Shown in pieces: positions 46,586 through 57,700 of a stretch of 64,000 nt of DNA (its first letter is position 1; each line of letters opens with the position of its first letter). The notes under the pieces are model-generated. The model saw only the letters and a list, made by a program, of their open reading frames with translations, did no database searches and was not told the origin of the DNA. The stretch lies in NCBI GenBank assembly GCA_947449695.1, contig CANFST010000008.1, positions 862 to 64,861 of the forward strand, given 5' to 3'. The stretch is from Chitinophagales bacterium (GTDB lineage Bacteria; Bacteroidota; Bacteroidia; Chitinophagales; CAIODY01). A program made the position numbers and the translations under genes.

Positions 46586-47686
46586 ATGAAAAAGTTTTTG
46601 TGGCTGATTTTCAGCGTTCCAATTTTTATTTTTTCTTGTAAAAATAATAGCGATGATGTAACCAAACCTACTCATAAAGACATCACCGAAATGGTGTTTG
46701 CATCGGGTGTTTTGGAGGCTGACGACCAATACAATTTAACAGCGCAAACCAATGGCTACATTGTAAAAGAAAATTTTGAAGAAGGTGATTTGGTGAAGGC
46801 TGGGCAAGTGTTGGCGGTGATTGACAACAGTCAAAATGTGGTCAACTCAATTGGTGCTGCCGAATTGCACAATATTGCCAAAAGCAATGTAATGCCTACT
46901 GCGCCTGCATTGCAGCAAATTAAAGCCAACATCGAAGCAGCAAAAGAAAAATTGAAATTGGATAAAGCACAGTTGGAAAGATACACCCGATTGTATGCTA
47001 CCAACAGCATTTCAAAATTGGAATTTGAAAATGCACAACTCACAGAAACCACATCCGAAGCTAATTTGCAGGCTTTGCAAAATCAATATGATGCACAAAA
47101 AGTGGCGGCGCAACAAGTGGAAATTTCGCAACGAAGCGCAACTGGTGTGAATGAAATTTTGAAAGAACAAAATCAAATCAAGGCGTTGAACAATTCAAAA
47201 GTTTATCAACGTGTGAAATTGTTGGGCGATTATGTGCGACAGGGTGATGTGATTGCGGTGTTGGGAAATCCAAAATTAATTTATGCAAAATTGAATGTGG
47301 ATGAAACGAGCATGAGCAAAGTGCATTTGAATCAAAAAGTTTTAGTGCGATTGAATACAAATAAACAGAAAGTTTACAATGCTGTGGTGAAGCAGGTTTT
47401 GCCGATGTTTGACCAAACTTCGTTGAGTTATTTGGTGAAAGCATATTTTACCGACACGTTGGATTTTCAAATTGTGGGAACGCAACTGGAATCGAACATT
47501 GTGGGCGAAGAAAGAAAAAATGTTTTGGTGATTCCAAGAACTTTTTTGGATTATGGCAATAAAGTGATGTTGAAAAAAGACAAGAAAATTGTTACGATTC
47601 AAGTTGGATTAGTATCTAATGATTATGTGGAAGTGCTTGGTGGTATTGGCGAAGAAGATGAGTTGCTATTGAACAATAAAAAATAA
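46586..47686 (+). CDS. Efflux periplasmic adaptor (HlyD/MFP family)
   Basis: Lipoprotein-like N-terminus IFIFSCKNN. Lipoyl-like GDLVKAGQVLAVID and GDVIAVLG flank a coiled coil (IEAAKEKLKLDKAQLERYTRLY). Confidence 0.75.
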   Translation: MKKFLWLIFSVPIFIFSCKNNSDDVTKPTHKDITEMVFASGVLEADDQYNLTAQTNGYIVKENFEEGDLVKAGQVLAVIDNSQNVVNSIGAAELHNIAKSNVMPTAPALQQIKANIEAAKEKLKLDKAQLERYTRLYATNSISKLEFENAQLTETTSEANLQALQNQYDAQKVAAQQVEISQRSATGVNEILKEQNQIKALNNSKVYQRVKLLGDYVRQGDVIAVLGNPKLIYAKLNVDETSMSKVHLNQKVLVRLNTNKQKVYNAVVKQVLPMFDQTSLSYLVKAYFTDTLDFQIVGTQLESNIVGEERKNVLVIPRTFLDYGNKVMLKKDKKIVTIQVGLVSNDYVEVLGGIGEEDELLLNNKK

Positions 47687-47691
47687 AGAAA

Positions 47692-48942
47692 ATGCCAAAA
47701 AAAATTAACCACAATATTAGTTCGGATATTTCGATGACGTACACTTTTTCGAAGATGAAACTGACTGTGGTGGCGGCTTTAGGCGTTACGATTGGCATTG
47801 CGATTTATATTTTCTTAAACTCGATGATGGCTGGTTTTGCACGAATGTCGGACACATTGATTTTCCGAAACATAGCACACATAAGGGTTTACAAGGATGA
47901 TGACATTAGCCGACCATTAATTGCTTCTGAAAATTCTAATAAAAAAGTAAACGCTTTGGTGAATCCAAAAATTGTTCCTGAAAGTCAAACCATCGTGAAC
48001 CCTACGCTGCTGATGGATTTGCTGCGAAAAGAAAAAGATGTAACGATGGTTACATCGCAAGTGGCAACTGGAATTTTTTATCACAAAGGCGAATCGCAAA
48101 TTGCTGGCAACACGATTGGTGTAAACATTGAAGAAGCGGATAAAATGTTTGATATTCAAACTACGATGGTGGCTGGAAAGATGTTGGATTTGAAATCAAC
48201 ACCCAACGGAATCCTGCTTGGGGTGGGCGTTGCAGACAAATTGAGTGTGAAAGTGGGGGATAATATTTCTATCAGTTCACCAAAAAATGTGACAAAAGTG
48301 ATGAAGGTAGTTGGGTTGTTTCGCACTGCCAATTCACAAATTGATAAAGTGAAATCATTTATGAATATTTCGGCGGCACAACAAATTTTGTTGCAGAATC
48401 CGAGCTATGTAACCGACTTGGATGTGAACATTGTTGACTACAAAAATGCGGTGAATTATTCTGCAAGATTTTCGGCTCTAACAGGCTACAAAGCCGAAGC
48501 CTGGCAAACTGCCAACGAAACTTTTGTGGCTGCCAGCAAGATGCGTTCTATCATTTTAACATCAATTTCTTTCACAGTTTTGATTGTGGCTGGATTTGGG
48601 ATTTACAATATTTTGAGCATGACGATTAGCCAGAAAATGAATGATATAGCCATTTTGAAGGCGATGGGTTTTAAAGGAAATGATGTAACGAGAATTTTTG
48701 TGCAACAAGCTTTGATGATTGGTGCGATTGGTGTTACGGTTGGTTTGTTGCTGGCATTGTTGATGGTGAATATTTTATCGCATACTTATGTGGGTGGCGA
48801 CATTGGTTATTTCCCTATTCAATTTGAGCCTTTTGTATTTTTTCAAGGCGCAATGGTGGGATTGATTGTTACATTTTTTGCTGGATTAATTCCTGCACGA
48901 AAAGCTGCAAATGTTGACCCTGTAAGTATTTTAAGAAAATAG
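47692..48942 (+). CDS. ABC transporter permease, FtsX/MacB-type
   Basis: TM1, then a large periplasmic domain, then three C-terminal TMs containing DIAILKAMGFKGNDVTRIF (FtsX motif region). Confidence 0.8.
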   Translation: MPKKINHNISSDISMTYTFSKMKLTVVAALGVTIGIAIYIFLNSMMAGFARMSDTLIFRNIAHIRVYKDDDISRPLIASENSNKKVNALVNPKIVPESQTIVNPTLLMDLLRKEKDVTMVTSQVATGIFYHKGESQIAGNTIGVNIEEADKMFDIQTTMVAGKMLDLKSTPNGILLGVGVADKLSVKVGDNISISSPKNVTKVMKVVGLFRTANSQIDKVKSFMNISAAQQILLQNPSYVTDLDVNIVDYKNAVNYSARFSALTGYKAEAWQTANETFVAASKMRSIILTSISFTVLIVAGFGIYNILSMTISQKMNDIAILKAMGFKGNDVTRIFVQQALMIGAIGVTVGLLLALLMVNILSHTYVGGDIGYFPIQFEPFVFFQGAMVGLIVTFFAGLIPARKAANVDPVSILRK

Positions 48943-48944
48943 AA

Positions 48945-49631
48945 ATGAGCAACGAAATCATTTTAGAGGCAAAAAAAATTGGAAAATATTTTTACGAACC
49001 TGAAAAATTCAGAGTGTTGGATGATATTTCGTTTGAAGTGAAACGTGGTGAATTTGTTTCGTTGGTTGGTAAATCGGGTTGCGGAAAGTCAACGTTGCTC
49101 TATGTTTTATCAACTATGGATACAGATTATGAAGGCGATTTGCGTATTCATAATCAAAGTGTAACGGGCATGAAACAAAATCAATTGGCTGGCATCAGAA
49201 ATGAAAAAATTGGCTTCGTTTTTCAATTTCATTATTTGTTACCCGAATTTTCTTGTTTGAAAAATGTGATGATTCCTGCTTTGAAATTAGGCAATTTCTC
49301 AAAAGAAGAAATTGAACATCGTGCTTTGGAACGATTGAAAATGCTAGGTTTAGCAGACCAAGCTTTAAAACCTGCTTCCAAATTAAGCGGCGGACAACAA
49401 CAACGCGTAGCCATTGCTCGTGCATTAATCAATGACCCATTAATTATTATGGGCGATGAACCAACAGGAAATTTAGACTCGAAAAACACGGATATTGTGT
49501 TTGACATTTTCAAACAATTATCACATGAAATGCACCAAACAATAATTGCTGTAACTCACGATAATGATTTTGCCAAACGCAGCGATAGAATTATTGAAAT
49601 GCAGGATGGGAAGATTGTTTCAGGTCATTAG
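48945..49631 (+). CDS. ABC transporter ATP-binding protein (MacB/LolD-type)
   Basis: Walker A GKSGCGKST, Q-loop FVFQFHYLLPE, signature LSGGQQQRVAIARAL, Walker B IIMGDEPTGNLD, H-loop VTHD. Confidence 0.9.
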   Translation: MSNEIILEAKKIGKYFYEPEKFRVLDDISFEVKRGEFVSLVGKSGCGKSTLLYVLSTMDTDYEGDLRIHNQSVTGMKQNQLAGIRNEKIGFVFQFHYLLPEFSCLKNVMIPALKLGNFSKEEIEHRALERLKMLGLADQALKPASKLSGGQQQRVAIARALINDPLIIMGDEPTGNLDSKNTDIVFDIFKQLSHEMHQTIIAVTHDNDFAKRSDRIIEMQDGKIVSGH

Positions 49632-49643
49632 TTCTTGCATGTA

Positions 49644-50438
49644 TTATTTTACTTTCAATTGAAACCACCAATTTATTTTTTCATCTACTCCTTCCATGCT
49701 GCTATCGTAGGTTCTTCCGCCTCCACCTCTCATGGAACCACCACCAATTCCACCTCGTCCACCACTACTCATGCCGCCGCCTCGGTTCATTCCGCCACCG
49801 CTCATGCCGCTTCCACCGCCACTTTGCGGAATCTCTAAAGTAGGAATATTAATACCAACAATAGTTGTGGTATCAACATTCATTTTCAGTTTACTTTTTG
49901 CAATCTGAATTTCATAATGAAAATAACCATCTTTATCATAATTCAAATCATAGGTAAAGCCTACTTTGTCAATGCCCGCCAAAAAAGTTTGTTGCTTACC
50001 ATTTTCATTCCATGTAGCTAATTTGCCGATGCCGGCTAAATTGTGCGATGGGTCGCCGCCAACATGGTGATGACCACCCCCACCTTGATGATTGATTTCC
50101 CCATCTTGCTGATGATGCTCTGCTTCATTGCTTGGCATTGGGTATTGCACAAATCGGGTTTCATCTTTTTTAGGCGAAGCACTTAAATATATCTTAACAC
50201 CATTTCTAAACATACGCATTTGCGACGGACGATTATTAGTTTCCATAATGATGTACAACAAACTATCATCATTTCTGAAATCGTAACGGATTTTGGTTTT
50301 GCTATCGTAAAAACGAAACATCAAATCGTTAGTATTCGTTTTTGTAATTTGCTGCGAATAAGTAGCCATGGGCTTTTCAGCACCACAGGAAGCAAATAAA
50401 ACAGCGACTGCACTAACTAAAAAAAATATTTTTTTCAT
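49644..50438 (-). CDS. Lipoprotein of unknown function with His-rich and Gly/Met-rich low-complexity regions
   Basis: Lipobox AVLFASCGAEK (start at Met13 of the track ORF). Internal region EAEHHQQDGEINHQGGGGHHHVGGDPSHN. Near the C-terminus is GGGSGMSGGGMNRGGGMSSGGRGGIGGGSMRGGGGRT. Confidence 0.55.
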   Translation of the reverse strand: MKKIFFLVSAVAVLFASCGAEKPMATYSQQITKTNTNDLMFRFYDSKTKIRYDFRNDDSLLYIIMETNNRPSQMRMFRNGVKIYLSASPKKDETRFVQYPMPSNEAEHHQQDGEINHQGGGGHHHVGGDPSHNLAGIGKLATWNENGKQQTFLAGIDKVGFTYDLNYDKDGYFHYEIQIAKSKLKMNVDTTTIVGINIPTLEIPQSGGGSGMSGGGMNRGGGMSSGGRGGIGGGSMRGGGGRTYDSSMEGVDEKINWWFQLKVK

Positions 50439-50602
50439 TTTGTTGAATTGAAATTTCTGGAAAAAATTCTGCATTTAGAGAAACAAAGAACGGAAAAGTT
50501 TATTCAGGTTGCATTTTAAAAAACGCAAATGAAAATTGAAACCCACTAAAATTTTATACATTAGCAATGTTGCTCAAACGGTACTAAAGACCAGAATATT
50601 TT

Positions 50603-51715
50603 ATGCGATTATTATTGGTTGCTTTTTTTTTATTTTCTAATGTTGCTTTTGCACAAAAAAATTTATTGCCAAATGGCAGTTTTGAAAACGTAAATATTTG
50701 CGAAAAAAACTGTCCTTGTGGACCTTCGGGTTGGAATATGTATGAGCGTAATTATGATATAAAATACCGTTCAGATGCTTGCACTAAGCCTAATTCTGGA
50801 GAAATATATTTGGTGTTTTATGTGTTGAATGCAAGGAATTACAACGATAAAATGTTTCTCGAAGCGCCATTAATATGTGATTTACAAAAAGGGAAAAATT
50901 ATACTTTGGATTTTCACATGAAAGTGAGAAATGAAAAGTACATTCCTTTAAGTGTTTTTTATAGCAGCACAAGAAACATGCTTCATCGTGTAAATTTTGA
51001 TGATTCAATTCCAGATTTTGAAATTGACGAAACTGACATTGTAGAACCAGTTGAATTCCCTACTAAAAAATGGATTCATTTCAAAAAATCATTTGTGGCA
51101 AATGGGAATGAAAAATATTTTGTCATGGGAAATTTTAAGAAATATTCTAAAACAAAAAGCACAATTGGTTTTGGTAGATTAGATATTGACGAATCAAAAG
51201 TCTATTATAATATTGATGACATTTCACTGGTTTGTAATGATTGTGAGGCCGACTGTAACAACTATTCTGAAGCACTCGAACAAATTTACAAATACAATGT
51301 AAGACATAGAAAATTAGATACAGTTTCAATTTCTATAAACAACAACTATTTTGAGTCTAAATTTAAAAGCGACACCATAATAATCCCCGATGTGTTGTTT
51401 AAGTTTGATTCAGGTGTTTTTAATGAAGCGTACTATAAGGTTCTTGATAGTTTTATTTTGAATCTCAGTAATCATGATTTTGAAAAACTAAAAATTATTG
51501 GCTACACCGACAATAAAGGTAGTGATGCCTATAACTTAAAGCTATCGCTGATTCGAGCAAAAGAGGTGGCAAAATATTTTGTTTCAAAACAGCTCATTAA
51601 TGAATCAAATATTGAAGCAGTTGGGCTTGGCGCAAGAAATCCAATTGCTTCTAATTCTACAGAAGAAGGAAGAAGAAAAAATAGAAGGGTTGAAATAATT
51701 TTATTGAAAAATTAA
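50603..51715 (+). CDS. OmpA-family protein (unknown Cys-containing N-domain plus a C-terminal OmpA peptidoglycan-binding domain)
   Basis: Signal peptide MRLLLVAFFLFSNVAFAQ. The C-terminus has IIGYTDNKGSDAYNLKLSLIRAKEVAKYF...NRRVEIILLK. Confidence 0.8.
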   Translation: MRLLLVAFFLFSNVAFAQKNLLPNGSFENVNICEKNCPCGPSGWNMYERNYDIKYRSDACTKPNSGEIYLVFYVLNARNYNDKMFLEAPLICDLQKGKNYTLDFHMKVRNEKYIPLSVFYSSTRNMLHRVNFDDSIPDFEIDETDIVEPVEFPTKKWIHFKKSFVANGNEKYFVMGNFKKYSKTKSTIGFGRLDIDESKVYYNIDDISLVCNDCEADCNNYSEALEQIYKYNVRHRKLDTVSISINNNYFESKFKSDTIIIPDVLFKFDSGVFNEAYYKVLDSFILNLSNHDFEKLKIIGYTDNKGSDAYNLKLSLIRAKEVAKYFVSKQLINESNIEAVGLGARNPIASNSTEEGRRKNRRVEIILLKN

Positions 51716-53676
51716 TTCTCTACCCAATCACCATTATCCTTAATCAATTGAATTAATTCATCCACAGCAACATCACTGTTCAAGCCTTTTTTCACCACTT
51801 CTTTGCTTTTGTACAGGGTAATTTTTCCAGGGCCACTACCTACATAACCATAATCGGCATCAGCCATTTCACCGGGTCCGTTTACTATACAGCCCATGAT
51901 GGCAATTTTCACACCTTTCAGATGATTGGTTACCGCTCTGATTTTTGCTGTAGTTTCTTGTAAGTCAAATAATGTTCTGCCGCAGCTTGGGCAACTGATG
52001 TATTCTGTTTTTGAAATTCTCGTTCGTGTGGCTTGTAAAATTGAAAATGAAGTGTTGTTCAAAAACTGATGATTGTTTTTTACTGGCAAATAAGTTCTGC
52101 CACTCACTTTCAAATCTTGCATTTTAGATGGGTCGTTCATTAACCAAATACCATCGCCCATGCCATCTAAAAATAATGCGCCGCTGTTTTTTGCAAAATC
52201 AATTAATTGTTCATCAACAGTGCTGTGGCTGCTTTCAACGCATAACACAATTGGATTTTCCATTTTGTTTTGCATCATCTGAAAAACAAAATCCCGAACA
52301 CAAGGCATCGCATGTTCATTGTCACTCCATAAACACAAGACAGATTTTTCGCCAATTAAATCTTTGATTTCATCAACTGAATTTTTGTTGGTGTTGATGG
52401 ATACAAAATTTAGAACTTGATTTTTTTCATTCGTAATTCGTAATTCGTCAATCGTAAATAATGGAAAATATTTCTGTTGGTCATCACAAAGTTTCCAGCT
52501 TTCATAATCACATATCACTTTCAAAGTGCCAGGCAATGCAAACGGAATTATTTTTTTTCCTGTATAAATAAAATCATCAGCGGCATCACTGATTGTCCAT
52601 TTATCACTCAACGAATTGTAAGTGTAGCCAATGCTTTGCAAATCTTCATGACGAATATTTTCGTTCAGCATAAAATCTGCAACAACTATCGGGACATGCT
52701 TTCCGCCTATGTTTGAAAGCTCATTACATTTTCTTCTAGAATAATTAAATGGAGAAATTGGACTTGCTTTTTCAGTCTTAATTCCTAATTCATGATTCTT
52801 AATTCCGTTGTATTTTGAAACAATGTCCTTACAAACCGGAATTTCAAACTCAGGGTCTTCAGTCAATGAAACACGAATCGTATCGCCAATGCCATCTTCG
52901 AGTAAAGTTCCAATTCCGATGGCTGATTTTATTCTTCCATCTTCGCCATCGCCAGCTTCGGTAACACCCAAATGCAATGGATAACATTCACCAAATTCAT
53001 TACTCATTTTATCAACCAGCATTCTGTAAGCCTGCACCATCACTTGCGGATTACTACTCTTCATCGAAAGGACAATATTGTGATACGATTCATGGCGACA
53101 AATGCGTAAAAATTCCAACGCACTTTCCACCATACCCATTGGTGTATCACCATATCGGCTCATAATTCTATCACTCAGGGAACCATGATTGGTACCGATT
53201 CTCATAGCAGTGCCATGTTCTTTGCAAATTTTCACCAGCGGTGTAAATCGCTCTCTTATTCTGTCGATTTCTTCGGCGTATTCAGCATCAGTATATTCAA
53301 TCTGTTCAAATTTTTTCTTGTCAACATAATTACCGGGATTCACTCTCACCTTTTCAATAATTCTTGCAGCTACTTCCGCCGCATTCGGAGTGAAATGAAT
53401 ATCAGCAACCAAAGGTGTATTATAGCCTTGTTTACGTAATTCATTTTTTATGTTGAGTAAATTATTAGCTTCATTGATACTCGGTGCTGTGATGCGAACC
53501 AGCTCTGCACCAGCTTCTATACAACGAATAGTTTGAGCTACTGTAGCTGCCGTATCCATTGTATCGGTGGTAGTCATTGTTTGAATTTTAATTGGCGAAC
53601 CATTGCCAATTATCAAACCACCAACATTCACTTCACGAGTGATTAAACGAGAATAATTTTTTGGGAAGAAATTCAT
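51712..53676 (-). CDS. ispG: 4-hydroxy-3-methylbut-2-enyl diphosphate synthase, long form with an insert domain
   Basis: PIKIQTMTTTDT, LVRITAP, PLVADIHF and RINPGN-like VRVNPGNY are present. The C-terminal Fe-S Cys contexts are ISCPSCGRT and GCIVNGPGE. The 654-aa length implies the inserted domain seen in Bacteroidota, plant and Chlamydia-type IspG. Confidence 0.9.
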   Translation of the reverse strand: MNFFPKNYSRLITREVNVGGLIIGNGSPIKIQTMTTTDTMDTAATVAQTIRCIEAGAELVRITAPSINEANNLLNIKNELRKQGYNTPLVADIHFTPNAAEVAARIIEKVRVNPGNYVDKKKFEQIEYTDAEYAEEIDRIRERFTPLVKICKEHGTAMRIGTNHGSLSDRIMSRYGDTPMGMVESALEFLRICRHESYHNIVLSMKSSNPQVMVQAYRMLVDKMSNEFGECYPLHLGVTEAGDGEDGRIKSAIGIGTLLEDGIGDTIRVSLTEDPEFEIPVCKDIVSKYNGIKNHELGIKTEKASPISPFNYSRRKCNELSNIGGKHVPIVVADFMLNENIRHEDLQSIGYTYNSLSDKWTISDAADDFIYTGKKIIPFALPGTLKVICDYESWKLCDDQQKYFPLFTIDELRITNEKNQVLNFVSINTNKNSVDEIKDLIGEKSVLCLWSDNEHAMPCVRDFVFQMMQNKMENPIVLCVESSHSTVDEQLIDFAKNSGALFLDGMGDGIWLMNDPSKMQDLKVSGRTYLPVKNNHQFLNNTSFSILQATRTRISKTEYISCPSCGRTLFDLQETTAKIRAVTNHLKGVKIAIMGCIVNGPGEMADADYGYVGSGPGKITLYKSKEVVKKGLNSDVAVDELIQLIKDNGDWVEN

Positions 53677-53730
53677 GGTGCGAAAATAACATCACAAATC
53701 ATTAAGATGTTCAGTTGATGTTAATTTCTA

Positions 53731-54678
53731 TCAAAAGAAATTTCCGTTTGCCATCACTCGTTTGATACCAGTTTCCAATGGTAACAAATCACGATTAAGC
53801 AATTGTTTCATTTTTTCAATATCAGGCTGACGACGAGTCATATCGCCATCTTTCAGCGGTGGCAAATGTTTTATTTCCGATTTTGAATTGGTGAGTTTGA
53901 TAATAATTTTCGCCAATTCTAAAATAGTTGTTGTTTCATCATTGCCCACATTAACAACATCATTTACAAATAAATTTTTTTCAAACGCATTTAAACAAGC
54001 ATCTAAATTGTCATCAATGTAGCAGAAAGTACGGGTTTGTGAACCGTCACCATAAATTGTAATGGGCTCATTTTTCATAGCCAATCTTAAAAATTTGCTC
54101 ATCACAAAATCAGTACTTTGTTTTGGTCCGTAAGTATTGAAGAACCTGAAAATAGTGTAATCTAAACCAAATTCTTGTTGGTAAGATTTGCAAAAAGCTT
54201 CGCCCACATTTTTCACAATGGCATAAGGTAAGCGGCTGTTGAGTGGCGTTGTAGTCTCGTTTTGAGGCAAATGAACTGGTTCGCCATACACTTCAGATGA
54301 AGAAGAATAAAACACTCTTTTCACTCCCGAATTTTTTGAAAGCGTTAAAATATTTTTGATGCCATCAATATCATTCAACACACTTACTGGGTTTTCTAAA
54401 GTCCGTAAAACGCCCACCACTGCTGCGTAATGAAAAACATAATCAAAACGATACGACAACATAATGCTGCTGATATCAGCCCAATTATTTACATCGCACT
54501 TGATGAATTTATAATTTTTCGGATTGTGCGTTGGCAAATTTCTTTTTTCACCTGTGTGAAAATTATCAACGGAAACCACAAAATTGTCACCATCACTTAT
54601 CAGTCTGTCAGCCAAAGAACTTGGAATAAAACCTGCTCCGCCCGTAATCAAAATTTTATTTTTGTAGCTATTGTGCAT
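53731..54678 (-). CDS. NAD-dependent sugar-nucleotide epimerase/dehydratase (extended SDR)
   Basis: Rossmann motif ILITGGAGFIPS, SSSEVYG, and catalytic YxxxK in PYAIVKNVGE. Confidence 0.75.
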   Translation of the reverse strand: MHNSYKNKILITGGAGFIPSSLADRLISDGDNFVVSVDNFHTGEKRNLPTHNPKNYKFIKCDVNNWADISSIMLSYRFDYVFHYAAVVGVLRTLENPVSVLNDIDGIKNILTLSKNSGVKRVFYSSSSEVYGEPVHLPQNETTTPLNSRLPYAIVKNVGEAFCKSYQQEFGLDYTIFRFFNTYGPKQSTDFVMSKFLRLAMKNEPITIYGDGSQTRTFCYIDDNLDACLNAFEKNLFVNDVVNVGNDETTTILELAKIIIKLTNSKSEIKHLPPLKDGDMTRRQPDIEKMKQLLNRDLLPLETGIKRVMANGNFF

Positions 54679-54752
54679 ATTGGATTACAAAATTTGAATG
54701 GAACAAAAGTATTGAATTTTAAAAACTCATTTTCTTTTTATTATTAATTATT

Positions 54753-57700
54753 TTAATAACGCATTAATTTCATGTTGGCTTTAAATTGTTTTACCCTGCT
54801 ATCACTTCCAACTTGATATTGGTAGAATTCAGTTGGCTTAGCTGCATCAATGGTTACCTTACGTTTTTCAGGAACAATTTTGTTGATAGATTCATTAAAG
54901 GCATCATTGCTGCTCATCATCTGTAAAATATGACCACGAAACATAAAGCAGTACCAATCTACTTCACTTGTTTCAAAAATAATGTTAAAAAAATCATCGC
55001 CATGTTTGCCGCCAAATTCCATATAAGCATGAATCTTTTTGCCAAAATAATAATCGCCAACATTTATCAAACCCACAGGGCATGATGCCTTCCAGCTGGC
55101 TGTGAAAGGGTCATACATTAGTTTTACATCTGTAAATAAGATATTGAATCCAGTTTTTTTAGGAGCATCTAATTTAGGTGGACCATCCACAGGTGCTGCA
55201 TCTGGATTCATTGATTCTTTTACAGGTTTCAGTGCTTTTTTTACTTCATGATTGGTCCAGATTTCACTAAATGCTTTTTCGTAAAATGAAATATTTTTAC
55301 TAAAATCAATACTTTCTTTATCAGCAGTATTGTCCATTAATTCCTTTATCATCATGGCATACAGGTCAGCACTGAAATCAATTTTTAATCCTAAGCAAGC
55401 ATTCATCACAACATTGTTTTTGTTTAAATCATACGTTGCATTTCCAGATAAATTTACTTGCATACCTTGGAAATTATATCCTAAACTGAACTTGCCATCA
55501 CAATACAATTTATTTGTATTATCGTTGAATCTTACAAAATCGCCTCGATTTGATTCGCCTCGAATTTTTGTTCCTAAGCCATAAGTCAAATCATTAGTTG
55601 TTGCATTGTATTCCAAAGTGCCCTGTGGTACAAATATTGGGAAATCTGTTGGTGTTGAAGTTGAAGCAAAAATAGCAGGATATACACCTAATGAATCGAA
55701 TGAACTTTTTAATATGCCAAAAAATACTTTATCGCCTTTTTCATTTTTTGCATCTGTAACATCGAAAGTGCCTGAATCTGCTTTGATTACTGAATTGAGT
55801 GTAAACCATTCGGTAGGGATAGTTGTACTTTTTAATTTTAATTTAGCAAAGCCGTTCAATGAAGGATTTTTTTCTTTTGCATTAAAACGAAAATAACCTT
55901 TAAAATTCATTTTTTGATTCAATGCAAAATTATTTTCTTCCTTAATATTTGAAAATCCAACACTACGAATTTTATTCTTGTATTCGCTCATTGTTAGCGT
56001 ATCTACTTGCAATATTTGTTTGCCAGTTATTTTATTATAAAAATCATATTTGGCATTGGTGGCTAAGTAATTGTCTTTACTAAATATTTTAACTGTAGCA
56101 TCATAAATTTTGTGATATTGTTTGTTGCTATCGCAAACAATTTTTGCATTTTTTAAAATTTTCATTTCTGCTTTTGGTTCAATGTAAACCAAACCACTAT
56201 CAGGCGTTATAAGTGCATCACCAGAATTAATGTAAGGAATTCCTTGTACCGTTAATTCATAATTTGATAGATTGTATTGCGCAGATTTGCCCGTAAAAGT
56301 CAATCCTTTTTGCTCTTGATTTTGTGAAATAAAAAAAGCGGTTTGATGTGCTGATGGATTGGTGAAGTCAATCGTTTTTTTATCCATATCCCAATGAAAT
56401 TGATTGATAGAAGTGGTGTATTGATTGTAAATAAAGTCGGCTGATTTATCTTCTTCATTGGATGTGAAATCGCCAACACGTTTTTCGAAATCAATTTTTG
56501 CATGCACATTAGGTGATGTAACTGCAATGTTTCCATCAGAAGTTTTTATTTTGATATCTGATGTATCAGAATCTACATTCTTTTTTCCAAAATGCATCGA
56601 CGTGCTGTGCAGGGTTGCTTCTGGCCAATCTAAAATACCATTCCCATTCATTCCTTTTGAAGAAATGATTAAACTGCCTTTTAATTTTGCCAAGTTGCCA
56701 AATAACTGAAATGGCGTACTATCCATTTTTACTTCCATTCTATCTGCATTGGGCATCCAATGTGTTTTTACATTTTTATTAAATGTTTCAGGAAATGGTA
56801 TTGGCGCATCTGTAGCTGATTGTGTAAATATTTCAACTTTGGCATTTAGTGAATCTGGAGTGAATAAAATATTTTTTGCCATTTGTTTGTTGGCCATAAA
56901 CCCAAATTCACCATCACCCAGCAAGCCTGCATTGCTTAAAGCAATTGCGCCTTTATAAGTTCCCTTTCCGCTATATATTTCAAATCCACCTTCAGGTGTT
57001 GTAGTCTGAAACCCAAGTGATAAATCTTTTTGTAACCGAAGTTCTTCGCCAAAATCAGGAAATATGCCACCAGAAATTAAAGTACCCGGAAAATGAATAC
57101 TGTTTTTCGAAAAAGCATTTAAACTATCCATCTCAAATTTATCAAGTTTGAAATAAAATTTGCTTCGTGTATAAGCCCCATGTTGGATTTTTTCATCATG
57201 ATAATAAGCAAACGAATTGTCGGTTGTTATCAGCTTAGGATATTGTGGCAGCTTGGTTCGGCTCGATTTGTTGAACGGTCCATCAATCATCAAATCTGCA
57301 TTTAAATCGCAGATGTAAGTTTTTGTTGGTATTAATTCTTCATGACCATCTTGTTGCAATTTTCCTGTTGGAATATTAATCAACATCGAGTCAGCTTTTT
57401 TCATTCCAACTTTAAATTCTTTATAATTGAAAGCAAAATCTTTTCCCTTAAAATCTAACCTGCCACCAAACATCCCACCTTTGAAATCCATATCCCTATT
57501 CTGCTTCATTGTTAATTTACCTCTTAATGGAAAAATAGATACTTGATTCGAATCACTTAAATTAAACGATTTTACACCTTCAATAGCAATATTTTTATTA
57601 CCTAAATCAATCTTTGCTGATTGTCCATCGGTGCTTAGCGAATTGATTTTGATATTGTCATAATCAGTAGTTTTTTGTTTGGCTTTTACATACATGATGG

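Noticed and set aside
51712-51715. Convergent OmpA-family and ispG genes share the tetranucleotide TTAA as overlapping stop codons, with no terminator between them
   Set aside because: This is a curiosity of tight packing, and convergent stop overlaps are common in compact genomes. No functional implication can be drawn from the sequence alone.
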